Shown: piece after piece, positions 1 through 12,636 of the stretch
Position numbering within the stretch: position 1 is the first letter of the stretch
Layout: every line of letters starts with the position of its first letter
Source of the DNA: Eledone cirrhosa
Lineage: Eukaryota
Length of the DNA: 64,000 nt
NCBI GenBank assembly: GCA_964016885.1
Contig: OZ024759.1
Span: 6,448,001 to 6,512,000 of the forward strand
Direction of reading: 5' to 3'
Made by a program: the position numbers and the translations under genes
The notes under the pieces: generated by a model
The model's input: only the letters and a program-made list of their open reading frames with translations
What the model was told of the DNA's origin: nothing
The model's database searches: none

Positions 1-240
1 ATCACAAATTAAAATACAGGAATACAGAAAGATTGCATTTAGTGAACATATCGCCAATTGTCATCTCAACCAACTTCCAAACTTTAAAATTTTCTTTTCA
101 CTTCTTAAACCTTGTTTGTATATAACATTATTCTTTCTTCTAACATGTGTGACACCACACTAATACATGTGACACCACACTAATACATTTTACTATCATT
201 TGATAATGCATATAAATGCAGAAACCGGTAATAGACAATA
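1..240 (+). mobile_element. Penelope-like element 3' remnant (endonuclease C-terminus plus degenerate minimal hammerhead)
   Basis: Frame 2 reads SQIKIQEYRKIAFSEHIANCHLNQLPNFKIF, resembling the C-terminal part of PLE GIY-YIG domains. Positions 200-230 read TTGATAA-tgcat(ataa)atgca-GAAA-ccgg-TA. Confidence 0.55.
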
Positions 241-420
241 ATTAAATATATAAATAGATAAATAAATGCCATTGTTAAATAATAAATAAATCAACTAATA
301 CCTTAACACTTCACACAAAGTAAAACATTTCGTTTTATTCATTTTCTAACCCAGAAGAGAGACAAAAATAAGGAAAAAAAAAAAATTTTTTTTTCCTCAT
401 AATCGTCTCTTTCTCCCTGT

Positions 421-518
<98 letters not shown>

Positions 519-631
519 TGTTAAATATGTCATTATATATTCTGTGTATTCTATTCTGTTATATAGACTGACTGCAGTAAATAGAATTGTAGTTTTAATT
601 AGTTTAAATCATTAGATCTCGAGGATAAACA

Positions 632-732
<101 letters not shown>

Positions 733-944
733 TGACACCAGTAAAAGCCAGTAAAAACCAGTTTAACTAGTTAATGTTTTCATTGTTAAATAATTGACAT
801 ACGATGACAATTAGCTTTACCAAGTGGAGTTACTATAACAACCATGTTTTTTCTCCAGACCATTCTTCTAATGAAAGATGCTTCTAATGCTTTTCATTTC
901 ATTTTTTTACTTCAAAAAATAAGTAAATAAAAGTTATATCTTGC

Positions 945-1566
945 AAACATGGAAAGAATGGCTGGATATATTTTATGGGCAAAATCAGCCAGCCAGAGAC
1001 CCAGGGTAGACTCCGAACAAGATAGTTGGATAACATCCATGAGCTTGGCTGGTCACACTTGGGGATCCAGTCAGATTAAACATTCACTGTTGAAACATTT
1101 GAAGTTATAAGGAATTCCAACAAAGACCCTACATGTGGTTAGAATGTCTCAGAAAAGAATCGCTGGACAGATTTTCCAGGCAAAACCAACCGACAGAAGA
1201 CCCAGGGGTAGATCTTAACCAAGATGGTTGACACTACAGAGTGATCATACAAAATATTCTAGGTATCTAATAACATCTATTGTTGTCTTATCTAGTGTGC
1301 ACTGATCTTCTCTCTCTTTCACTATCTCCGTCTCTCTCGTTTATCTCAGGAAAGAATCACTGGACAGAGTTTACGGACAAAACCAACTGGTAGGAGACCC
1401 AGGGATAGACACCAAGCAAGATGGTTGGATAACATTCATGAGCTCAGTTAACCTCACTTGGGAGATGGTTGCTTCTGACAGGACCTGCTGGAAGGAGTAT
1501 TTGAGGACTCTGCCCCATGACCCTCTCAGGAATAAGTGGGTAGAGAAGAAGAAATAAATAAATAAA
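945..1566 (+). mobile_element. Decayed RTE-clade LINE 3' fragments (three partial repeats), family 'D'
   Basis: Three repeats of ggacag...aaaaccaac...agacccaggggtagac...caagatggttggataacat (RPRGRPxxRWLDNI-like) and a (TAAA)n tail. Same family as 22530-24760 (-). Confidence 0.65.
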
Positions 1567-1573
1567 ATTTATA

Positions 1574-2402
1574 CAGGATGTTTCAAAACATTTGATGTCA
1601 TTTGAGATGAGAATATCCCCCAAAACTATCACAATATATGAATTATTGTTATAATGTTGACAAACTTTGAGGAATAAATCTTATGTTGCTCAACATTAAC
1701 CTCTTCAGTGCCGAAGATGAGATAACTCGTCCGGACATGTTTGAACTCTCTTCCAACAGTTCATAACTTCAAAGTTAAATAATAATGAAAATATTGTGTA
1801 CAGTGCTCAGGTGCACTACAACTCATCAACAGTGTATGTAGAGTACATAGGGTAATGTACAAACGTCAGGAAAATGACAGAACATGAGTTATGATATACA
1901 CATGTGTGCATGTGTATGGAAGGGGGACATCAGGTGTAGTTTTGGCGAATTTCGGGAAGCATGACGGTTTTAAAGGATGTAGTGTCTCGGCAGCTAACAA
2001 CTGACGCAGGCAGTTTGTTCCATGCTTCAGCAACTCTAAGCATGAAAAAATGTTTCCGAAAGTCATGGGAGCTGTGCTGTTTTCTGACTATTAACTCTCT
2101 TCCAACAGTTCATAACTTCAAAGTTATGAACTCGTTTCCAACAGTTCATAACTTCAAAGTTAGATGGGGTTACTAGTTTATTGATGTGATGTTTGTCAAT
2201 CATTCAGATACATGTTGTTAATAAATGTTTGTTTAAAAAAATAGTCATTTTACTGAAAAAAACAAACTGGCACAGCAACTGTAGCTGTGTAAAATATATA
2301 CACCAGTCAACAGGTTAAGCCTGCTCAGTCTCTTTGTTCCAGACTTTGTCGTTTCTGGTATATTTACATCTCAAATGATATCTAATTTTTTTAAACACCC
2401 CG
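1574..2402. mobile_element. Tc1/mariner-type non-autonomous element with nested insertions
   Basis: Imperfect ~45-bp TIRs (caggatgtttcaaaacatttgatgtcatttgagatg / catctcaaatgatatctaatttttttaaacaccccg) with TA on both flanks. A related solo TIR lies at about 33790-33870. Confidence 0.65.
1778..2090 (-). mobile_element. CR1/L2-like LINE 3' fragment
   Basis: Close match to 4203-4520, with a (TTA)n tail and encoding ...LRVAEAWNKLPASVVSCRDT. Confidence 0.85.
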
Positions 2403-2851
2403 TATATGTATTGAGTACTCAGTCAGTCGAACCCTTGTTTTGTGACCTTATTTCTAATGATATCCACACTCTGAATTTGGTGGGATTTACAAAAAATTAT
2501 CAGATGGTAAACTTAAAATGTGATTCTAGAATTATGTTGGCAGATTTTAAGTTAAAACGGTACCTTTAAGATGAGTGGTTTATTTCATAGAATCTGAACT
2601 GGTTTTGGCCAGGCTAGTATCAAAGGATTAAAAAGGAACCTTTTAAAATAGGTGGTTTTGTTGTATAAACCTAAAGTCAGTTTTGGGTAGATTGGTTCCA
2701 AAAGGGTTAAACTTTTCACTGCCATATTTCTTTTGAAAATTATCACCAATTTATAGGAAGTTTGTAACATAACAGACTCTGTCATTAATAAACTGGCATT
2801 TGGAACATTGCCGATGAGTTGCAAATAATTTTAAATGAAAATAGGTTCAAC

Positions 2852-3622
2852 TTAACCCTTTACCGTTTACATTACTCTATATATACTATTGTATTTTCAC
2901 AGTAAAGGCTTTACCTCACATAATATCTCACATAACATTTACATTACTCTATATTTACTATTGTATTTTCACAGTTAAGACTTTACCTCACATAATATCT
3001 CTCATAACATTTATATTACTCTATATATACTATTGTATTTTCACAGTAAAGGCTTTACTTCACATAATATCTCACATACCATTTACATTACTCTATATAT
3101 TCTATTGTATTTTCACAGTAAAGGCTTTACCTCACATAATATCTCACATAATATTTACATTACTCTATATATACTATTGTATTTTCACAGTAAAGACTTT
3201 ACCTCACATAATATCTCTCATAACATTTACATTACTCTATATATACTATTGTATTGTCACAGTAAAGGCTTTACCTCACATAATATCTCACATAACATTT
3301 ACATTACTCTATATATACTATTGTATTGTCACAGTAAAGGCTTTACCTCACATAATATCTCACATAACATTTACATTACTCTATATTTACTATTGTATTT
3401 TCACAGTAAAGGTTTTATCTCACATAATATCTCACATACCATTTACATTACTCTATATATTCTATTGTATTTTCACAGTAAAGGCTTTACCTCACATAAT
3501 ATCTCACATAACATTTACATTACTCTATATATACTATTGTATTGTCACAGTAAAGGCTTTACCTCACATAATATCTCACATAACATTTACATTACTCTAT
3601 ATTTACTATTGTATTTTCACAG
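2852..3622 (+). repeat. 72-bp tandem array growing from the left end of a piggyBac-like MITE
   Basis: Starts TTAA-CCCTTTA, then ~10 copies of catttacattactctatatatactattgtattttcacagtaaaggctttacctcacataatatctcacataa. The 24-aa periodicity of ORF 3033-3665 reflects this unit. Confidence 0.9.
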
Positions 3623-6600
3623 TGTATCTAGGACTACATTATCTAATGTACAGTATAGTGGTTAGTATTAGTGGTTATCAGACATAGTATATCTAGGACT
3701 ACATTATCTAATGTACAGTACAGTAGTTAGTATTAGTGGTTATCAGACATAGTGTATCTAGGACTACATTATCTAATGTACAGTACAGTAGTTAGTATTA
3801 GTGGCTATCAGACATAGTGTATCTAGGACTACATTATCTAATGTACAGTACAGTAGTTAGTATTAGTGGTTATCTGACATAGTGTATCTAGGACTACATT
3901 ATCTAATGTACAGTAGTTAGTATTAGTGGCTATCAGATAAAGTGTATCTAGGACTACATTATCTAATGTACAGTACAGTAGTTAGTATTAGTGGCTATCA
4001 GATAAAGTGTATCTAGGACTACATTATCTAATGTACAGTACAGTAATCAGTATTAGTAGCTATCAGACATAGTGTATCTATGACTACATTATCTAATGTA
4101 TAGTAGTTAGTATTAGTGGCTATCAGACCTAGTGTATCTAGGACTATATTATCTAATGTACAGTACAGTACTTAGTATTAGTGGCTATCTGACATAGTGT
4201 ATAATAATAATAATAATAATGAAATATTGTGTACAGTGCTCAGGTGCACTACAACTCATCAAAAAGTGTATGTATAGTATATAAGGTAATGTACAAACGT
4301 CAGGAAAATGAACAGTGCATGAGTCATGATATACACATGTGCGCATGTGTATGGAAAGGGTACATCAGGTGTAGTTTTGGCGTATTTCGGGAAGCTTGAG
4401 TGTTTTAAAGGATGCAGTGTCTCGGCAGCTAACAACTGACGCAGGCAGTTTGTTCCATGCTTCAGCAACTCTGAGCGTGAAAAAATGTTTACGAAAGTCA
4501 TGGGAGCTGTGCTGTTTTCTGATTTTGTAGGCATGTCCACGTGTGTTAGACACATGGAGATCAAAAAGGTGCTCAGGGTTGTTGTTGGCGAGCTGGTTAA
4601 TAACTTTGTGGGTGTTTACCAAGCCCATTGCCAGACGTCGGAGCTTCAATGTATCCATGCCCAGGGAAGCAAGGCGTTCAGAGTATGGTAGGTGTCTGAT
4701 GAAGGGTATGCGCTTGGTTGCACGTCTATGAACAGTTTCCAGGAGGTCAATATTCTGAGCAAGATAGGGGTTCCAGACTGATGATGTGAATTCCAAGTGT
4801 GATCGTACCATAGCTGTATACAGCTTTAAATAGATAGCTGGAGAGCGGCTAACAAAGGTCTTGCTGAGTGATGCCAAGACACCCTCGGCCTTCTTGACAA
4901 TATTAGAGACATGCTTTGTCCAACGCAAATTACTGCTGACAGTAATGCCCAGGTCACGTTCACAAGAGGACTTCTTGATATCAGTGTTGTGGAGGGAGTA
5001 TGTGGACGTTGGATTTTTCCTCCCAAAATGCATGGTGTACACTTGTCCACAGCCAGCTTCAGTTGCCAGTCTGTGATCCATTGCTGCATTGTGTCCAGGT
5101 CTGATTGTAGGAAAGAGTTGTAGATTTCAGGATCAGTCCTTTTGATTTCAAGGTACAGCTTGATGTCATCTGCATATTTCAGTATTGTGGCATTCTGTAA
5201 GTTGGCATCTATGCCATTAATATATGCCACAAACAAAAGGAGACCAAGAACAGATCCCTGTGGTACACCAGATGACATCTCATATGTTGAAGAATGCTGT
5301 CCTAGAACCGTGACTACCTCTTTTCGGCTGAGAATGAAGGATTTCAACCAGTCGAAAAGATCATCCCTCACACCCATTGCAGAGAGTTTTGCCATAAGTC
5401 TTTTGTGTGGCACAGAATTAAAAGCCTTAGCAAAGTCAAGGTAAGCAACATCCAACCATGAGCCGCTGTCAGTGATCCGGGTGATGTCTTCAAGGAACTC
5501 GATAAGCTGATCACAGCAGCTGGAGTTAGGGATAAATCCAAACTGTGAGGGCCGGATGAGGCTGTGAGAGATCCAGAAGTTCCAAAGTGTTTCTCTGACA
5601 CAGGATTCCATCAGTTTGGCCACACAGCTAGTAAGACTGACTGGACGATAGTTGACAGGTGACATGCAGTTGCCCTTTTTGAACAGGGGAATGACACTGG
5701 CAGTTTTCCACTGCTCCGGAGTAGCACCATTGCTGAGACAGTATTGAAAGAAGAAAGAAAGCTGGCGCAAAACGAAACTAGGACTACATTATCTAATGTA
5801 CAGTAGTTAGTATTAGTGGCTATCTGACATAGTGTATCTAGGACTACATTATCTAATGTACAGTATAGTGGTTAGTATTAGTGGCTATCAGACATAGTAT
5901 ATCTAGGACTACATTATCTAATGTACAGTAGTTAGTATTAGTGGCTATCTGACATAGTGTATCTAGGACTACATTATCTAATGTACAGTAGTTAGTATTA
6001 GTGGCTATCTGACATAGTGTATCTAGGACTACATTATCTAATGTACAGTACAGTAGTTAGTATTAGTAGCTATCTGACATAGTGTATCTAGGACTACATT
6101 ATCTAATGTACAGTAGTTAGTATTAGTGGCTATCTGACATAGTGTATCTAGACTACATTATCTAATGTACAGTAGTTAGTATTAGTGGCTATCAGACATA
6201 GTGTATCTAGGACTACATTATCTAATGTACAGTACACTAGTTAGTATTAGTGGCTATCAGACATAGTGTATCTAGGACTACATTATCTAATGTACAGTAC
6301 ACTAGTTAGTATTAGTGGCTATCAGACATAGTGTATCTAGGACTACATTATCTAATGTACAGTACAGTAGTTAGTATTAGTAGCTATCTGACATAGTGTA
6401 TCTAGGACTACATTATCTAATGTACAGTAGTTAGTATTAGTGGCTATCAGACATAGTGTATCTAGGACTACATTATCTAATGTACAGTACACTAGTTAGT
6501 ATTAGTGGCTATCTGACATAGTGTATCTAGGACTACATTATCTAATGTACAGTACAGTAGTTAGTATTAGTGGCTATCTGACATAGTGTATCTAGGACTA

Positions 6601-8764
6601 CATTATCTAATGTACAGTAGTTAGTATTAGTGGCTATCAGACATAGTGTATCTAGGACTACATTATCTAATGTACAGTACACTAGTTAGTATTAGTGGCT
6701 ATCTGACATAGTGTATCTAGGACTACATTATCTAATGTACAGTACACTAGTTAGTATTAGTGGCTATCAGACATAGTGTATCTAGGACTACATTATCTAA
6801 TGTACAGTACAGTAGTTAGTATTAGTGGCTATCAGACATAGTATATCTAGGACTACATTATCTAATGTACAGTACAGTAGTTAGTATTAGTGGCTATCAG
6901 ACATAGTATATCTAGGACTACATTATCTAATGTACAGTACAATAGTTAGTATTAGTAGCTATCTGACATAGTGTATCTAGGACTACATTATCTAATGTAC
7001 AGTAGTTAGTATTAGTGGCTATCAGACATAGTGTATCTAGGACTACATTATCTAATGTACAGTAGTTAGTATTAGTGGCTATCTGACATAGTGTATCTAG
7101 GACTACATTATCTAATGTACAGTACAGTAGTTAGTATTAGTGGCTATCTGACATAGTGTATCTAGGACTACATTATCTAATGTACAGTACAGTAGTTAGT
7201 ATTAGTGGCTATCTGACATAGTGTATCTAGGACTACATTATCTAATGTACAGTAGTTAGTATTAGTGGCTATCAGACATAGTGTATCTAGGACTACATTA
7301 TCTAATGTACAGTACACTAGTTAGTATTAGTGGCTATCTGACATAGTGTATCTAGGACTACATTATCTAATGTACAGTACACTAGTTAGTATTAGTGGCT
7401 ATCAGACATAGTGTATCTAGGACTACATTATCTAATGTACAGTACAGTAGTTAGTATTAGTGGCTATCAGACATAGTATATCTAGGACTACATTATCTAA
7501 TGTACAGTACAGTAGTTAGTATTAGTGGCTATCAGACATAGTATATCTAGGACTACATTATCTAATGTACAGTACAATAGTTAGTATTAGTAGCTATCTG
7601 ACATAGTGTATCTAGGACTACATTATCTAATGTACAGTAGTTAGTATTAGTGGCTATCAGACATAGTGTATCTAGGACTACATTATCTAATGTACAGTAG
7701 TTAGTATTAGTGGCTATCTGACATAGTGTATCTAGGACTACATTATCTAATGTACAGTACAGTAGTTAGTATTAGTGGCTATCAGACATAGTGTATCTAG
7801 GACTACATTATCTAATGTACAGTACAGTAGTTAGTATTAGTGGCTATCAGACATAGTGTATCTAGGACTACATTATCTAATGTACAGTACAGTAGTTAGT
7901 ATTAGTGGCTATCAGACATAGTGTATCTAGGACTACATTATCTAATGTACAGTACAGTAGTTAGTATTAGTGGCTATCAGACATAGTGTATCTAGGACTA
8001 CATTATCTAATGTACAGTACACTAGTTAGTGTTAGTGCCTATCAGACATAGTGTATCTAGGATTACATTATCTAATGTACAGTATAGTAGTTAGTGTTGG
8101 TGGCTATCAGACATAGTGTAACTAGGACTACATTATCTAATGTACAGTACAGTAGTTAGTGTTAGTGGCTATCAGACATAGTGTACCTAGGACTACATTA
8201 TCTAATGTACAGTACAGTAGTTAGTGTTAGTGGCTATCAGATATTGTGTATCTAGGACTACATTATCTAATGTACAGTACAGTAGTTAGTGTTAGCGCCT
8301 ATCAGCCATTGTGTATCTAGGACTACATTTTCTAATGTACAGTACAGTAGTTAGTATTAGTGGCTATCAGACATAGTGTACCTAGGACTACATTATCTAA
8401 TGTACAGTACAGTAGTTAGTGTTGGTGGCTATCAGCCATAGTGTATCTAGGACTACATTATCTAATGTACAGTACAGTAGTTAGTGTTAGTGCCTATCAG
8501 ACACAGTGTATCTAGGACTACATTATCTAATGTACAGTAGTTAGTATTAGTGGTTATCTGACATAGTGTTCCTAGCACTACATTATCTAATGTACAGTAC
8601 AGTAGTTAGTATTAGTGGCTATCTGACATAGTGTATCTAGGACTACATTATCTAATGTACAGTACAGTAGTTAGTGTTAGTGGCTATCAGATATAGTGTA
8701 CCTAGGACTACATTATCTAATGTACAGTACAGTAGTTAGTGTTAGTGGCTATCAGATATAGTAT
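3621..8764. repeat. 55/60-bp satellite (interrupted by a LINE at 4203-5777)
   Basis: Unit agtgtatctaggactacattatctaatgtacagt(acagt)agttagtattagtggctatcagacat, roughly 60 copies, more diverged at both edges. Confidence 0.97.
4203..5777 (-). mobile_element. 5'-truncated CR1/L2-group LINE (RT domain, one frameshift)
   Basis: ORFs 4826-5770 and 4365-5081 contain NYRPVSLTS, QFGF, YLDFAKAF, SGVPQGSVLG, KYADDIK, ERDLGI, TRGH and FFTLRVAEAWNKLP. Frameshift near 5040; (TTA)n tail. Confidence 0.93.
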
Positions 8765-9384
8765 TCTCAGAAGCAACATGAAATGAAGTGTTTTGCTCAA
8801 GAAGACGACAGACAACGAAGTCCAGGAGTGGACCAGTCATTATAATCGTCAGCTCCACATCTTTACCACTGGAATAATGTGAAATGAAGTATTCTGCAAA
8901 AGTTTAACCAAGTCGTTTTTTTTTTCAAGTTTGTTATGGAAGAGAAATTGGACCTTTGTAAGATGTTCCCTAAAATAATTTACGTGAGATGGGAATCACG
9001 TATTTCCCCTCCATATATTTTCATCATCCATTTTCCCCTTCCTTAACGTCATTAATAGCATTTTTTAGAAAAAAAACAAAGACTAAAAACCTTCCATAAC
9101 ATCTTGTTACTTTATCTTGTCTCTCTTTCTTCCTCTTGCTAGCTTACTATTTCTCTTTCACACACACATACTCAAAAGCCCATTCTTTCTCTCTCTGTTA
9201 TTATCTTAGTATTTCTAGTGTTATCTCTCTCTCTCACATTCCTTCTTGTCCCCCTTTCTCTATCTATCTCTTTACCCACCTTCTTTCCTTTTATCTCTCT
9301 CTCTCTCTCTTCCTTCTTATCTCTAATCTATCTTTATCCTTCCTCATTATCACCATCACCACCAGCAACAGCATACTAAGTATA

Positions 9385-9445
9385 CCGATGACGTTCTCAC
9401 AGTTGATTGGTCGCCACCAATTGACGTCATACGCCACTTCCTTCC
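9385..9445 (+). promoter_or_regulatory. Candidate ALAD proximal promoter (2 CCAAT boxes, CRE, ETS-like site)
   Basis: ATTGG 9406-9410, CCAAT 9417-9421, perfect TGACGTCA 9422-9429, TGACGT near 9389 and ACTTCC near 9436, clustered about 100-145 bp upstream of the ATG. Confidence 0.5.
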
Positions 9446-9533
9446 ATGTGGTGTCATTAAGCAAGTGTCGGCTGTCCTGCTAACATAGTACTCTCATCTC
9501 TCTCTCTTCCACTCTGTCCACTATAGAACCATT

Positions 9534-9655
9534 ATGGCATCTGAGAAGGAGCATAAGGTTCTACACAGTGGCTACTCACACCCCGTCCTTAGAAACTGGC
9601 AGACCAATTCTGCCAGTATATCGGCTGCTAACCTCATTTACCCGTTATTTGTTAC
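9534..9655 (+). CDS. ALAD: ALAD (porphobilinogen synthase) first coding exon
   Basis: Translates [40 protein letters not shown] plus 2 nt (AC). This matches the metazoan ALAD N-terminus (VLHSGYxHPxLRxWQ...NLIYPxFVT). Donor GTAAG at 9656, phase 2. Absent from the ORF track. Confidence 0.95.
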
Positions 9656-9739
9656 GTAAGTAAAATGTATTATATATATATATTTATACTAGAAGTTATA
9701 AAAGAAATTAATAATCGTAAGAATCATACATATACATCA

Positions 9740-9868
9740 GGCTTTCCTGATCATTTCCTTCCAACGAAACAGTTCTAGTCCTGTAGGAACCATTTCTATA
9801 TTATATTTTGTATATATCTACTATGTATTGAGTACCTTACTGCGGCTACCCCGGATTGAACCCAGGAC
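9740..9868 (+). mobile_element. Short repeat family with degenerate type I hammerhead motif (copy 1)
   Basis: ggctttc-CTGATCA-...-GAAA-cag-ttctagtc-ctg-TA-ggaacc. Related copies at 17307-17400, 34297-34345 and 38143-38262. Confidence 0.55.
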
Positions 9869-9871
9869 ACG

Positions 9872-9930
<59 letters not shown>

Positions 9931-9935
<5 letters not shown>

Positions 9936-10035
9936 GGATTCGGAACCCCAACGGCTGAGCTCCTGCCGTTTCATCAGATCGGATGTAGCTGTTGAAACGG
10001 CAGGAGCTCAGCCGTCGGGGTCTCGAATCCTTCGT
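9931..10035. repeat. Foldback palindrome in (AT)n, GAGCTC-loop family
   Basis: About 42-bp near-perfect inverted arms containing gaaacggc-aggagctca-gccgtcgggg. Confidence 0.85.
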
Positions 10036-10095
10036 GTGTATATATATATAATTGAAAAGTATAGAGATTATTGTAGACAGAAGCCAACATTATTC

Positions 10096-10430
<335 letters not shown>

Positions 10431-10448
10431 ATGTATATATATATATAT

Positions 10449-10643
10449 ATAACGGAGGAAATGTGGTAAGGAACCAGATGGACCATAACGCACCAGAGTA
10501 CTCAATACTTAGGGTAGTAGAGTGGGTAATAGGAGAAAGTATGACCCCGACGGCAGAGCTCAAGCTGTTTCGACGGCCATTTCAGTCCAGAAATAGCCGT
10601 CGAAACGGCTTGAGCTCTGCCGTCGGGGTCATACTTTCTCCCA
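10449..10643 (+). mobile_element. Foldback element, GAGCTC-loop family (leader plus ~110-bp palindrome)
   Basis: An 80-bp leader (ggaaatgtggtaaggaaccag...gtactcaatactt...gtagagtgggtaat) followed by a palindrome at 10532-10641. The same structure occurs at 28623-28818 (-) and 33988-34169 (-). Confidence 0.8.
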
Positions 10644-10919
10644 TATATATATATATATACGGTTCTAAGAAAAATTTCCCGAAAGCGGAAGAAAAAAATA
10701 AGAGGACGAATCCCTTTATTCCCTCCCCCCAAAACACCACACACACACACTACACACACACACTACACACACACTACACACACTACACACACACACTACA
10801 CACACGTGTATATATATATATGATATATCTATATATCATATATATATTATAGAATACTGTTAGCTTCTCGCTAAAACAATTTCTATACCTTTCATTCATT
10901 TATTTATCTAAATATATAT

Positions 10920-11356
10920 ATATGTGTGTGTGTGTGTGTAGTGTTGTTCCTTATATGTGTGTGTGTGTGTAGTGTTGTTCCTTATATGTGTGTGTGTGTG
11001 TTGATCCTTATGTGTGTGTGTGTTGATCCTTATATGTGTGTGTGTAGTGTTGTTCCTTATGTGTGTGTGTTGATCCTTATATGTGTGTGTGTGTATGTGT
11101 GTAGTGTTGATCGTTATGTGTGTGTGTGTGTGTGTGTTGATCCTTATATGTGTGTGTGTAGTGTTCCTTATATGTGTGTGTGTGTAGTGTTGATCCTTAT
11201 ATATATATATGTGTGTGTGTGTGTGTTGATCCTTATATATATGTGTGTGTGTGTGTGTGTGTTGTTCCTTATATATATGTGTGTGTGTAGTGTTGATCCT
11301 GATATATATGTGTGTGTGTGTTGATCCTTATGTGTGTGTGTGTGTGTGTTGATCCT

Positions 11357-11396
<40 letters not shown>

Positions 11397-11431
11397 CCTT
11401 ATATATATGTGTGTGTGTAGTGTTGATCCTG

Positions 11432-11465
<34 letters not shown>

Positions 11466-11490
11466 TGTTCCTTATATATGTGTGTGTGTG
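10920..11490. repeat. Compound (GT)n minisatellite with gttgatccttat spacers
   Basis: Recurrent tgttgatcctta/tgttgttcctta motifs between GT runs. Confidence 0.9.
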
Positions 11491-12322
11491 TAAGACAGGC
11501 ATGGTTGTAGCAGGAGTGATTGTTTAACCTTAGTCAAGTTAGGTCGTCTCTCTCGGTGTTTATCTCTCCTTCCTTTATTACATCTCATTTGGATATATAT
11601 ATATATACATATAGATATATATAGATATATATAGATATATATATAGATATATATAGATATATATATAGATATATATAGATATATATAGATATATATATAG
11701 ATATATATAGATATATATATAGATATATATATATATATATATAGATATAATATATATATATATATAGATATAATATATATATAGATATAATATATATATG
11801 TATATATATATATATATTATATATATGTATATATTATATAATATGTACATATATGTAGTTCTATTTAAATTGTTGGGATACAACAAGCAAATATTTTAAT
11901 TTTTATATATATATGTATATAATATATATATGTATATATATATGTGTATATATATGTATATAATATATATATGTATATATATATGTGTATATATATGTAT
12001 ATAATATATATATGTATATAATATATATATGTATATAATATATATATGTATATAATATATATATGTATATAATATATATATGTATATATATATATGTGTA
12101 TATATATGTATATATATATATATGTATATATATATACATATATATGTATTATATGTATATGTATATATACATATATATGTATATATACATATACATGTAT
12201 TATATGTATATGTATATATACATATATATATATTATATGTTTATGTATATATATTTGTATTATATGTATATATACATATATATATTATATATATATTATA
12301 TATATTATATATATACATATAT

Positions 12323-12366
<44 letters not shown>

Positions 12367-12370
<4 letters not shown>

Positions 12371-12613
12371 TGAGTGCTGGGTGTTTTTTTGCCGTGGTAC
12401 CTCCACGACCACTTTGCAGTGGAATGATAGGGACCCCAGTCCCTATCATTCCACAGGGACCCCAGTCCCTATCATCTCATTTCTACAGCTGAGTAAACTG
12501 GAGCAATGTGAAATAAAGTGTCTTGCTCAAGGACACAACACATCACCTGGTCTGAGAATTGAACTCACAACTTTTCGATTGCAAGGCCAATGTTCTAACC
12601 ACTAAGCCATGTG
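12367..12613 (-). mobile_element. tRNA-derived CORE-type SINE (3'-truncated)
   Basis: The reverse complement has an A box TGGCTTAGTGG, a B box GAGTTCAATTC and a CORE-like segment. Confidence 0.85.
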
Positions 12614-12636
12614 ATTATATATATATATATATATAT

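Noticed and set aside
3621-8764. CRISPR-like array
   Set aside because: No unique spacers, no cas genes, eukaryotic context; the same applies to the other arrays.
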